DNA from: a virus
Lineage: Duplodnaviria; Caudoviricetes
Length of the DNA: 64,000 nucleotides
Virus record (IMG/VR): IMGVR_UViG_3300013936_000019
Span: 1 to 64,000 of that record
Strand: one strand, 5' to 3'
The notes under the pieces are model-generated. The model was not told where the DNA came from. It saw only the letters and a program-made list of their open reading frames with translations, and made no database searches. Below, piece after piece: positions 55,351 to 64,000 of the stretch (position 1 is its first letter; each line of letters begins with the position of its first letter). The translations under genes were made by a program, and so were the position numbers.

Positions 55351-55836
55351 ATGGCTACAAATTTTATTAATTTTGAAACCAAGCATGCGGTCGCTGGCAG
55401 CTCTAAGCTCCACGCTACTACTGCAGGACATATCTATAATATCCAGATTGAAACAACTGCTGGATTAGATAATGGATCTGTCATCGGTATCGGCGCTTAT
55501 GTCGAACCAGAAGTTTACAAGGAAGCTGCTGCTCCAACTACTTTTGAAGCAGTTGTTGATGATGTTGCTGCAAACGGCAATTATTACGTAAGAGTTACAA
55601 AGCCTGAAGGAGCTCTGTTGGTTCTTTCCGTACCTTCTACATATTATGACTATACATCTCAGATGAAGGCAGAAAGCAACTTCTATAATGCAAAGGGAGA
55701 AATTGCGAGAGCTTATGAACTCTACGCAGGAGATATCTTTGAATTAAGTAAGGAAGGTTTCACTGGTGAGTTTGTTAAGGGCGACAAGGTAGAAGTTGAC
55801 GCTGCATCTCATAAGCTTAAGAAACACGCTGAATAA
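55351..55836 (+). CDS. head decoration or stabilising protein (YonC-like)
   Basis: LDNG...ARAYEL..GDIF..S; position before the capsid gene. Confidence 0.6.
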   Translation: MATNFINFETKHAVAGSSKLHATTAGHIYNIQIETTAGLDNGSVIGIGAYVEPEVYKEAAAPTTFEAVVDDVAANGNYYVRVTKPEGALLVLSVPSTYYDYTSQMKAESNFYNAKGEIARAYELYAGDIFELSKEGFTGEFVKGDKVEVDAASHKLKKHAE

Positions 55837-55855
55837 GGAAGGAGGAAATTAAAAT

Positions 55856-57321
55856 ATGGCAAAGTTAATGTTTAGTAATGAAAGCACAAGAAATGTGTTT
55901 ACAAATAGAGATTATGATGCTTTTAAGACACTGATGGAAGACACTGCTGCAGGCAGATTCCAGCAGGGCATCACAAAGGAACAGGCTAACGATAAGATTC
56001 GTGAAGTCATGTTTGAAGTTCTTGGTGTAGATGAAAATACACCTAAGAAGGAAATGAGAAAGGCAATTCGTAGACATAAAGTTGATATCTACGAAGTTAT
56101 TGAAGAAGTTGTTCCGGATCTTCTGAACACTGGCTGGATTGACAATCCTTGGTTCAATCAGTTTGTTGATTATAGAAATCTGGCTTCTGGAGATACAAAC
56201 GAATTCTATGTAGAAGACGATGTTATCCTGACAGTAGCTAAGGTATCTGGTAACAGCCATGACATGCTACGTCAGAGACTTGGAGAAGGAAGTTCTTTCC
56301 AGGTTGCAACTTCTTGGTTTGGGGTTAAATCTAGCTCCCCTGCACTGTAAAGTGTTTGAATATATAACGCATTGAATTGCTGGAAAACCTTAAAGATAAT
56401 TGAACTACAACATAATCTGAAAATGATAAGTGTGAATGTTGCGAAAGTAGAAAAAATCAATTATATGGTATATGGTATAAACCTAAGTACTAATGCAATA
56501 GGCAATCAGCAGCCAAGACTATATAAAATTATATAGTAAGGTTCAACGACCATTCCTATTAATGGAAGTAGGATATAAGTGATTGATATCCGAAGTGGTG
56601 CGCCTCTCGTATGAGAGTGAAGATATGGTCTAATCTTTAGTGAAAGCTAAAGGGCTTATAAGCCAACATGGTGTAGCGACCAAATGTTAAATGAAAATGA
56701 AAGATTTACGCAGAATATGAAAGATTTATGAACGGTGTTGTTGACTGGTCTAAGTTTGTTCAGAAGATTTATGAAGCATTTGACCTGAAGGTTAATACTC
56801 TGGTTCATGATGCTGTTATGGCTGCAGGTGATAAGGTTCTTCCTGCTGAACAGTTTAAGAAGTCTCTTGAAATGAAGGCTGAAAATGAAGCAACAATTAT
56901 TGAACTCGCAGACGACGTCGCTCTTGCAAATGGTTCTGATGTAGTTATTATGGGTACAAAGCCTGCACTTGCTAAGCTTGCTTCTATCACACCTATTACA
57001 TATTATTCTGATGCGATGAAGGATGAAAGAAATACTCTTGGCAGACTTGGTGTCTGGAATTCGTATACTTTAATGGAGATCCCGCAGGCATACGCTCCAA
57101 ATACAACTTCCAAGAAGCTTGAAGACAACACAAAGCTTCTGATTATGCCAGTTGCTGACAACAAGTTCATCAAGTTCGTCAATGAAGGCGATGCTCAGTT
57201 CTATGAAAATACAGATCCATCCAAGAATATGGATATGACTGTTGAAGCTGAATATCAGCAGAAGATGGGCTTTGCTACTGTTATTAACAGAAAATTTGGC
57301 GAAGTTAAGATTACAGGATAA
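55856..57321 (+). CDS. major capsid protein (YonB-like), spliced from exons 55856-56325 and 56700-57321, 363 aa
   Basis: Joining GGG GT|A AAG ATT restores ...SWFGVKIYAEYERFMNG...; size and position fit the major capsid protein. Confidence 0.85.
56326..56699 (+). ncRNA. group I intron (ORF-less, 374 nt) in the major capsid gene
   Basis: P AATTGCTGGAAA 56375, Q AATCAGCAG 56504, R GTTCAACGACCA 56541, S AAGATATGGTC 56620; P1 U-G wobble; terminal G. Confidence 0.92.
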
Positions 57322-57323
57322 TT

Positions 57324-57347
57324 AAGAGTGGATTATTCCACTCTTTG
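57324..57347 (+). terminator. intrinsic terminator after the capsid gene
   Basis: AAGAGTGGA-TTAT-TCCACTCTT-TG. Confidence 0.7.
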
Positions 57348-57380
57348 TTATTCAAAGGGAATAAAAAAGGAGATAAATAA

Positions 57381-58013
57381 ATGGCTACAAAGACTACGAA
57401 AAAGACGGTTGTTAACAAGACCGTAAACAAGAAAGAAGAAGTTAAGAATGTTGATGAAGTTTCTAAGAATGAAGCTCAGAACATTACAGTAAATGTAGAT
57501 ACAACAAAAATTGCCGAGGCGGTTGCAAGTGCTATTGCTCCTGCAAAGAAAAAGACAGAAGAATACGGCGAAGAAGATTTAATTCTTTGTCAGTCAATTA
57601 CTAGAGGTGAATTGATTTATATTGGTTCAAAGTCTGGAAATAGATATTCTTTTGCAAATCATGGTGATACATGCGAAATTGAAGTGAGAGATTTAAACGC
57701 TCTTAGAGCATCTAGGTCTCAGTATCTTTATGAGCCATTGTTCATTATCATGGACGATGATTTTCTTGCTCAGCCTAGATACAAGGACATCAATGAACTG
57801 TATGATGTTTTGAGAAAGCATGATATTGAAGAAATTATTAACATGCCACTTGGAGATTTTAGAGCTGCATTGACTTCTTTACCTGATGGATTTAAGAAGG
57901 CGTTAGAAGATGAAGTCGCAACAAGAATTCATAATAATGAATTCGATTCATTAAATAAGATTAAGGCTATTGATGAAATTTGTGGAACAGATCTACGTTG
58001 CATGATTGAATAG
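57381..58013 (+). CDS. virion morphogenesis protein (YonA-like)
   Basis: Position after the capsid gene; strong RBS. Confidence 0.5.
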   Translation: MATKTTKKTVVNKTVNKKEEVKNVDEVSKNEAQNITVNVDTTKIAEAVASAIAPAKKKTEEYGEEDLILCQSITRGELIYIGSKSGNRYSFANHGDTCEIEVRDLNALRASRSQYLYEPLFIIMDDDFLAQPRYKDINELYDVLRKHDIEEIINMPLGDFRAALTSLPDGFKKALEDEVATRIHNNEFDSLNKIKAIDEICGTDLRCMIE

Positions 58014-58030
58014 TAAGGAGGTGCTTTGTT

Positions 58031-58474
58031 TTGGCTACACCTTACGAAGATATTTTTAAGCGATTCAAAAAAAGAATCGAAGATAAAGATCTTCCTAATT
58101 TTGATGAGGACGATCAAAAAGAAATGTTGACCGATTGGCTGGATACGGCTATTGGTTACATTGAATTAGATGGTTTGAAAATACAGAATGATTTATCTGA
58201 TAGGGATAATGATTTGCAGGAATTTAATGCGGATTTAAATAATAGTGAAAAAGAGATTATAGCAATGTATATGGTTGTTGCGTGGTATGAGCCAAAAATT
58301 AATTCTTTAGAAACAACGCTTATGTTTATTGGTTCTAAAGATGAAAAGTGGACAGCACAGAAAGACCAGCTTGCAATGCAGAAAGAAAAGCGTGACTATT
58401 GGAGGTTAGAAGCTAGAAAATATTTTAGAAATTATGGATATAAAAACAATAGTTATATTAGCAATGAGGGATAG
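58031..58474 (+). CDS. head-tail adaptor/connector
   Basis: TPYEDIF...FNADL...EKEIIA..MV..W pattern and position. Confidence 0.6.
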   Translation: MATPYEDIFKRFKKRIEDKDLPNFDEDDQKEMLTDWLDTAIGYIELDGLKIQNDLSDRDNDLQEFNADLNNSEKEIIAMYMVVAWYEPKINSLETTLMFIGSKDEKWTAQKDQLAMQKEKRDYWRLEARKYFRNYGYKNNSYISNEG

Positions 58475-58476
58475 AA

Positions 58477-58791
58477 ATGGATTATAAATATGGCGTCTAC
58501 CCTTCTGCTCAATTTCACGATTATAAAAAAAGAATTCACAATTTAATTCATTGGCTTTTAATTTATGCTGACGAAAAGAATCCTTGTTTAAATGATTATT
58601 TTTCTAAAGTTCAGTATAAATTGGACGGACTTAATGAATTGATTGGCTACCCTACTCAACTAGTAGAGATTATGAATTTAGTTGAGTCTGCAAAAATTGA
58701 ATATAACAAACCAGATTATAGCCACAAAGCATACCGCAAAATTATTCTAGATATTCATGAATTAATAGACAAAATTCCAGAGGGTGACTGA
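58477..58791 (+). CDS. hypothetical structural-module protein
   Basis: 104-aa ORF in the operon. Confidence 0.6.
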   Translation: MDYKYGVYPSAQFHDYKKRIHNLIHWLLIYADEKNPCLNDYFSKVQYKLDGLNELIGYPTQLVEIMNLVESAKIEYNKPDYSHKAYRKIILDIHELIDKIPEGD

Positions 58792-59956
58792 TATGAGTGA
58801 CTTGTTTAGCAAAAGAATGGATATGTTGTTAAAAAGCGGTAGTCTAGGTGGCAAACTTCTTGAAGATTCAGATATTATTGATGATAGAAATTTCACTAGT
58901 GATACAAATTATAAAAAAGGAATGCTGTATGATTGGGATATGAATGAACTTGAAGAAGTTGAATTTAAATTTGAAAAAACTAAAACTTGGTCTGCGGGCA
59001 ATACCGCAGTTGAGTATATGATTCGTTTCAGGCCAAATTATAATCCAGAATATAAATTTAAGGATTTATATTATAAAAAGGATGGTAGAGAACGATTTGG
59101 ATTTTATATTGACGTTTTAGACGTTCCAAAAAAACAATATGAGAAATGGTTGATTATGGGAAAGGATGATCGTGTTGCTTTTGACCGCTATAATGCATTC
59201 AAGTGCGATTGGTGCTTTGAATGGGTTGATGGCAAGAATTATCATAATTGTCTCGGATGTGTTCGAGATGCCAAAGATGGATCTATGAATAACCCAACAA
59301 ACGATGGGTTAGGCGGAACGCTTGTTAATGACGAGATTTCTATTATTGTGCCAACAAATGAAAATGTTGCCAAGATTAAACTTGGCACAAGATTCATGAT
59401 TGGTGACAGTGCATATAGACCACAAGTTTATGAAGCTGCAAAGATATTAGACACTGCTCCGCTTGGCACAACAGAAGTGTTTATGAAGCAGCGCTTGTTT
59501 AATGAGCACACTGATGTTTATGGGATCATTAATGACATGAAAAATGTAGACTTTTGTTTTAATTTGCCTATAGATGATTTACCTGCTAATTACGGCGGTA
59601 ATTATCACATGATTTGTGACTGTGTTAGCTCCAAGAGTTTTGTTGAAGAAACTCCTGAGAATATTGCATGGAAAATTTCGTGCGATGCTAAATATTTATA
59701 TGTAAATGGACAGGCTGTTATTGTCAAAGCAATTCCATCAAAGGAGACAACTAGACCATGTGCTTGGCATGTCTTTATTGACGGCAAAGAATATGGGATT
59801 AAATCTTTGACTGATTATTTTGATATTCACTATGATGACACTACTCTATCTATTAAAGCCATTAATAAGGTAATGGAGAAATATATAGTGAAGGTGGCAA
59901 TTTGGGATGAGTATAATAATTATTATGATTCAGTAGAAATGGAGGTTCGTGCATAA
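58784..59956 (+). CDS. probable head closure/neck protein
   Basis: 390 aa; function inferred from synteny only. Confidence 0.45.
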   Translation: MTDMSDLFSKRMDMLLKSGSLGGKLLEDSDIIDDRNFTSDTNYKKGMLYDWDMNELEEVEFKFEKTKTWSAGNTAVEYMIRFRPNYNPEYKFKDLYYKKDGRERFGFYIDVLDVPKKQYEKWLIMGKDDRVAFDRYNAFKCDWCFEWVDGKNYHNCLGCVRDAKDGSMNNPTNDGLGGTLVNDEISIIVPTNENVAKIKLGTRFMIGDSAYRPQVYEAAKILDTAPLGTTEVFMKQRLFNEHTDVYGIINDMKNVDFCFNLPIDDLPANYGGNYHMICDCVSSKSFVEETPENIAWKISCDAKYLYVNGQAVIVKAIPSKETTRPCAWHVFIDGKEYGIKSLTDYFDIHYDDTTLSIKAINKVMEKYIVKVAIWDEYNNYYDSVEMEVRA

Positions 59957-60528
59957 TGTTTGAGCAAAAAGCGAAAGAACCAAAATTGTCTAATGATATC
60001 CAAGATATTTTAAATAGAAGCATGGGAGAAAAATCTGATGCTAATGTTGATGATATTTTTAGATACAAGTATAAAATTATGAAAATGCTCACCTCTAATC
60101 AAGATATTCTGCATACACTTCATAATGCTGAGCTTGCTGGAGATGGTGAAAATATAAATGGAGATAAATACAGAGATGTGTGTATCTTTGATTATATGAA
60201 ACTGCCAGATTTAAAGAGCACAGTTAAGAACTATGTATGCTTTGAAATTGATGATAATACTGGATATAACAGCACCGTTAATAAAAGAATTACATTTAGA
60301 ACTGTTTCTCATGAAAGCGACTGTAAGACTGATTGGGCTATTTCAAGGCAGGATTTGCTTGCGGCGATTATCAAAACAGAGTTTGATTGGACAAATGCAT
60401 TCGGCATGCATTTTGAAAAAACGTCTGATACTGGATATGTGGCGGACGGTGGATATTATTACAGAGAAATTTGCTATAATGTCACGGCACCAAATAACAT
60501 TCGTAATAAAATAGCAAATAAATATTAG
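59956..60528 (+). CDS. probable tail terminator/completion protein
   Basis: 190 aa; function inferred from synteny only. Confidence 0.45.
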   Translation: MFEQKAKEPKLSNDIQDILNRSMGEKSDANVDDIFRYKYKIMKMLTSNQDILHTLHNAELAGDGENINGDKYRDVCIFDYMKLPDLKSTVKNYVCFEIDDNTGYNSTVNKRITFRTVSHESDCKTDWAISRQDLLAAIIKTEFDWTNAFGMHFEKTSDTGYVADGGYYYREICYNVTAPNNIRNKIANKY

Positions 60529-60537
60529 TGGTGTTTT

Positions 60538-61350
60538 ATGGAAAATGAATATAAATATGATATTTTGAAAATGTATTTTGGAGACGACTATGAAGTTGCT
60601 CCAAATATTTATATTCATCAGCCGTCTATCAATGACATTATAGAATATGGCGAAGCAAGATTTTGGAGTCTTGTCACTATACTTTGTGGAAATCCAACCA
60701 CATTTAGATTGCAGCTATGGAATTCCGGTGTAGACTGGAATAAGATTAGTGATTTTGAACTATTTGCATCTTTTGTTGTTGGACTAGAACAGGACAGAAC
60801 TAAGATCTTTTTTGGAGACTTAGATTTTACTAAAATGCGTCCAATTACAAATAGAGATGAAAAATTAGTTCTAATTTATATGCCGAATCCAGAAATCCAA
60901 ATTGATGAAGATATTTACACAAGACTTGTTGGATATCTTCGGATTATGGTCAATTATTATCCAAAGGTTGAACACGCCAAGGGCAAATCAACCAAGGAAA
61001 TGTTAATCTGGGAAGATGAAATGAATCTAAAAAACGCTGAAAGACTTGCGACAAGTGAGAAATTTCAGCCTTCTACTCTGTTCCCATTAATATCAGCTTC
61101 TCTAAATCACCCAGGGTTTAAATATAAGAAATCAGAATTAAGGGCGGTTGGTATTTTTGAATTTATGGATAGTGTTAGAAGATTACAGGTCTATGAAAGT
61201 GCTACATCATTAATGACCGGTATGTATTCCGGTATGCTAGATATTTCTAAGATCAAATTAGATAAAGAATTAAATTGGGCAAGGGATATGTATTCTGATG
61301 ATAAGCCCGCTATTCCAGAAAAGAAAGCGGACACGCAGAAGAAGGCATAA
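60538..61350 (+). CDS. tail-module protein (YomV-like)
   Basis: 270 aa directly before the tail tube; GMYSG C-terminal motif. Confidence 0.45.
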   Translation: MENEYKYDILKMYFGDDYEVAPNIYIHQPSINDIIEYGEARFWSLVTILCGNPTTFRLQLWNSGVDWNKISDFELFASFVVGLEQDRTKIFFGDLDFTKMRPITNRDEKLVLIYMPNPEIQIDEDIYTRLVGYLRIMVNYYPKVEHAKGKSTKEMLIWEDEMNLKNAERLATSEKFQPSTLFPLISASLNHPGFKYKKSELRAVGIFEFMDSVRRLQVYESATSLMTGMYSGMLDISKIKLDKELNWARDMYSDDKPAIPEKKADTQKKA

Positions 61351-61424
61351 TCTTGTCTTTTTTAATATTGTCGAGATGAAGACATTAAATTTATCACGTT
61401 AAATATAAGGAGGAATAAAAATTT

Positions 61425-62609
61425 ATGGCATTTAATATTGATGGAATCATTATTGATAGAATCCAGATGGGTATTGCAGAAGACTTCTCTGGTAATGTGT
61501 TATACACACTGACACAGCTTGCTGATGCTACAATCGAAGTTACTGCTGAAAGTAAGGAAGCTAAGGATGCGAACGGAACTCTGATTAAGACTTTCTATAC
61601 AGGTAAGTCCGGTACATTTACAGCTAACAACGCTATGCTTGACTTCAACATTATGGCTGAAGCTACAGGTACAGCTAAGGAAGTTGCAACTTCTTCTAAG
61701 AAGATCACTATGCCTGGTATTAAGTCTGTTAAACCAGGGACAAAGACAGTTACGCTTAAAGGCGTAAAGGCAGACACTGTTTCTGTAGTTGGTATTGCTG
61801 GTAATGGTACTCTTATTAAGAAGTATACTAAGGATTCTGCTGCAAATGAAACAACATTTAGCATCTCCGGAGAAGTTCTGACTCTGCCAACAGATACTAA
61901 TGCGCCTGCAGAATATGTTATCAAGTATGATAGAGATGTAGAATCTGGTGTTAAGGTTGCCAACAGAGCTGATGAATTCCCAAGAACAATTAAATTAACT
62001 CTTAAGGCATTGGCAGTAGATCCTTGTTCTCCAGACACCGTAAGATCATGCCTGATCGTACTTCCGTCCTTCCAGGTATCTCCTGAAACATCTATCAGTT
62101 TACAGACTGATGCACAGCTGGAGTATAAAGGAAGCTTACAGGTAGATTACTGTAATGCAGCGGGTTAACGAAACTAGCTCCTATGTTTAGAGATAAGCAT
62201 AGAGTGATATGTAAATACATATCCAAATATTTCTCTAATTGCTGGGAAATCGTAGAACTAATTAAACTACAACGCAATATCTGAAAAGATATAAACGTGA
62301 TAGTTGCGAAAGCAGAAAAAATTAATTAGACGGTATATGGTTAAAACCTAAATACTATAATAGGCGACAATCAGCAGCTAAGACCGAGAGGTAAAGTTCA
62401 ACGACTATGGCGTAATGCCAGTACATCTAAAGCTAGGTGGAAATGGGAAACTGCTTAAAATTATAATATATAAAAGCAGAAGATATAGTCTATTCTTGTA
62501 TGAGAATACAAGCAGTTCATAAGAGAACGGTATTGTGTAGCGAACAATATGAATTTTGAAGAAGGTTTTGTATGAAATCTATATGGCTGAAGAAGATACA
62601 GAAGAATAA
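61425..62609 (+). CDS. major tail tube protein (YomU-like), spliced from exons 61425-62165 and 62559-62609, about 263 aa
   Basis: Joining gives ...DYCNAAG|KKVLYEIYMAEEDTEE*; Thr/Ala-rich composition; terminator follows exon 2. Confidence 0.75.
62166..62558 (+). ncRNA. group I intron (ORF-less, about 393 nt) in the tail tube gene
   Basis: P AATTGCTGGGAAA 62237, Q AATCAGCAG 62369, R GTTCAACGACTA 62396, S AAGATATAGTC 62480; P1 GGGU/AGCUC; terminal G at 62558 (62561 also possible). Confidence 0.92.
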
Positions 62610-62637
62610 TTCTGTGTTATTTTAAGCTATAATTTAT

Positions 62638-62673
62638 AATCTAGGGGGATTAAATTCCCTCTAGATTATTTTT
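62638..62673 (+). terminator. intrinsic terminator
   Basis: AATCTAGGGGGA-TTAAAT-TCCCTCTAGATT plus T tract. Confidence 0.75.
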
Positions 62674-62683
62674 ATTTATTATA

Positions 62684-62711
62684 TTGATTTATTTGTAAAA
62701 ATTGTTATAAT
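62684..62711 (+). promoter_or_regulatory. sigma-A promoter of the downstream endonuclease
   Basis: TTGATT-16 bp-TATAAT with TG extension. Confidence 0.6.
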
Positions 62712-62736
62712 ATGTCTAATGGAGGCACATTATAGT

Positions 62737-64000
62737 ATGAATCAATATAAATTTTCAAAATCTTTTAAAGATTGGTGTATTGAAAATAATCGTCAAGATT
62801 TATTAGATAGATGGGATTATGAATTGAACGATAAATCACCAGGCGAAATAGCATTTACTTCAAATTTAAAATATTGGTTTAAATGCCATAGACATATTCA
62901 TGAAAGTGAATTGCATGCCATTTCTCCAATAACAAACAAGGCATTAAATTTAAAAGATATAAACTGTGATAAATGCAAATCAATCGGACAGTTTTTAATA
63001 GATACGTATGGTCAAGGCATATTTAATAAGATTTGGTCTGATAAAAATGTGTACAATCCATTTAAATTATCTGCTCACAGTTTAAAGAAGATATGGTTAA
63101 AATGTTTGAAAGATGATACACATCCTGATTATGAAGTTAGTTGTGATAATGCAACAAAAACAATTGGATGTCCGTATTGTATAGGCAAAAAAGTTTGTTT
63201 AACAAATTCTTTAGGATATAATTATCCTGAGATTTTAAATAAATGGTCTGATAAAAATGATAAAACTCCGTATGATTATACATGCGGTTCAAGCCAAAAG
63301 GCATGGTTTAAATGTGAAAATAATAAGCATGAAGATTATAAAAGAAAAATCTGTGATGAGGTGTTTCATGATATGGATTGCCCAAAATGCAACAGTGAAA
63401 ATCAAAGGTATTGTGGTGGTGGCAAATTAAAAGAACCAGAAGATTTAAGAGGACAAAAATTTGGAAGATTAACTCTAAGATATTATATTAGAAAAGGTAA
63501 AAATAATTTAGTATATTGGGTTTGTGATTGTGAATGTGGAGGAACTGCAGAAGTCACACCGTTTAGATTAAAGCATGGAATCATTAAATCATGTGAATGT
63601 TTATGGTTAGAAAATATTAGTGGTGAGAACAATTATAATTGGCAAGGTGGCATAACTCCTGAATTAGAAAGGGAAAGACATTCACAAAAATATAAAGAAT
63701 GGCAATCTGAAGTATATAAAAAAGATTGGTATACATGTCAATGTTGTGGAAACGGTAAAAATTTGAGAGCGCATCATATTTTAAATTTTTCAAGTAATCC
63801 AGATTTAAGATATGATATATCAAATGGAATAACATTATGTAATGAATGTCATGATATACAAGGCGTATCAAAATCCTTCCATAATAAATATGGAACTGTT
63901 AATAACACTCTAGAGCAATTAGAAGAATACATCAATGAAAAACGTGAGGCAATTGGACTCACAGAACCATTTTCAATGGAAGAATATAAAAATGGTAAGA
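62737..64000 (+). CDS. free-standing HNH homing endonuclease with treble-clef Zn-ribbon repeats (partial, absent from the ORF track)
   Basis: Frame open from ATG 62737 to the window end: WFKC..H, GCPYC, DLRGQKFGRLT, NWQGG and CQCC..RAHHI...NGITLCNECH. Confidence 0.85.
   Translation, partial: MNQYKFSKSFKDWCIENNRQDLLDRWDYELNDKSPGEIAFTSNLKYWFKCHRHIHESELHAISPITNKALNLKDINCDKCKSIGQFLIDTYGQGIFNKIWSDKNVYNPFKLSAHSLKKIWLKCLKDDTHPDYEVSCDNATKTIGCPYCIGKKVCLTNSLGYNYPEILNKWSDKNDKTPYDYTCGSSQKAWFKCENNKHEDYKRKICDEVFHDMDCPKCNSENQRYCGGGKLKEPEDLRGQKFGRLTLRYYIRKGKNNLVYWVCDCECGGTAEVTPFRLKHGIIKSCECLWLENISGENNYNWQGGITPELERERHSQKYKEWQSEVYKKDWYTCQCCGNGKNLRAHHILNFSSNPDLRYDISNGITLCNECHDIQGVSKSFHNKYGTVNNTLEQLEEYINEKREAIGLTEPFSMEEYKNGK

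Larger units (their letters stand above)
164..62465. repeat. dispersed 16-bp motif ACTRTTTAAAATTATA (SPBRE-like operator or phage promoter), about 20 copies
   Basis: Minus strand (left coordinate): 164, 3583, 4644, 9810, 13100, 15404, 20752, 21299, 23452, 24816, 27194, 30599. Plus strand: 35221, 36523, 40032, 40158, 45460, 45861, 55316, 56518, 62450. Confidence 0.8.

Noticed and set aside
56728-57321. Independent 197-aa gene downstream of a 164-aa gene
   Set aside because: There is no RBS at 56728, and the frame is exon 2 of the intron-split capsid gene.

Overview
This is a 64-kb segment of a large, AT-rich SPbeta-like temperate siphophage of a Firmicutes host (GGAGG RBSs, sigma-A promoters). 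The left arm (1-30.5 kb, minus strand) holds the replication genes (RecJ, primase, DnaB helicase, AAA/Sak4-like ATPase, probable SSB), a yopP-yopQ-yopR(mrpR)-like lysogeny module, an adenine methyltransferase, a Gp88-like protein and many small early ORFs. Transcription diverges at about 31 kb. The right arm (plus strand) holds a putative origin and initiator, a YonO-like single-subunit RNA polymerase, HU, HPF/RaiA, a cysteine desulfurase, a frameshifted tnpB element, a phosphoesterase, terminase, portal, and head and tail genes. The ORF track misses several non-coding elements. These are a ~565-nt ornate RNA resembling ROOL between HPF and IscS, two related ORF-less group I introns splitting the major capsid and tail-tube genes, a twister ribozyme in the early operon, a perfect chromosomal-type parS palindrome in a long structured early leader, and a 16-bp motif (ACTRTTTAAAATTATA) present about 20 times, always oriented with transcription. 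All family assignments come from motif recognition by eye; no searches were run.
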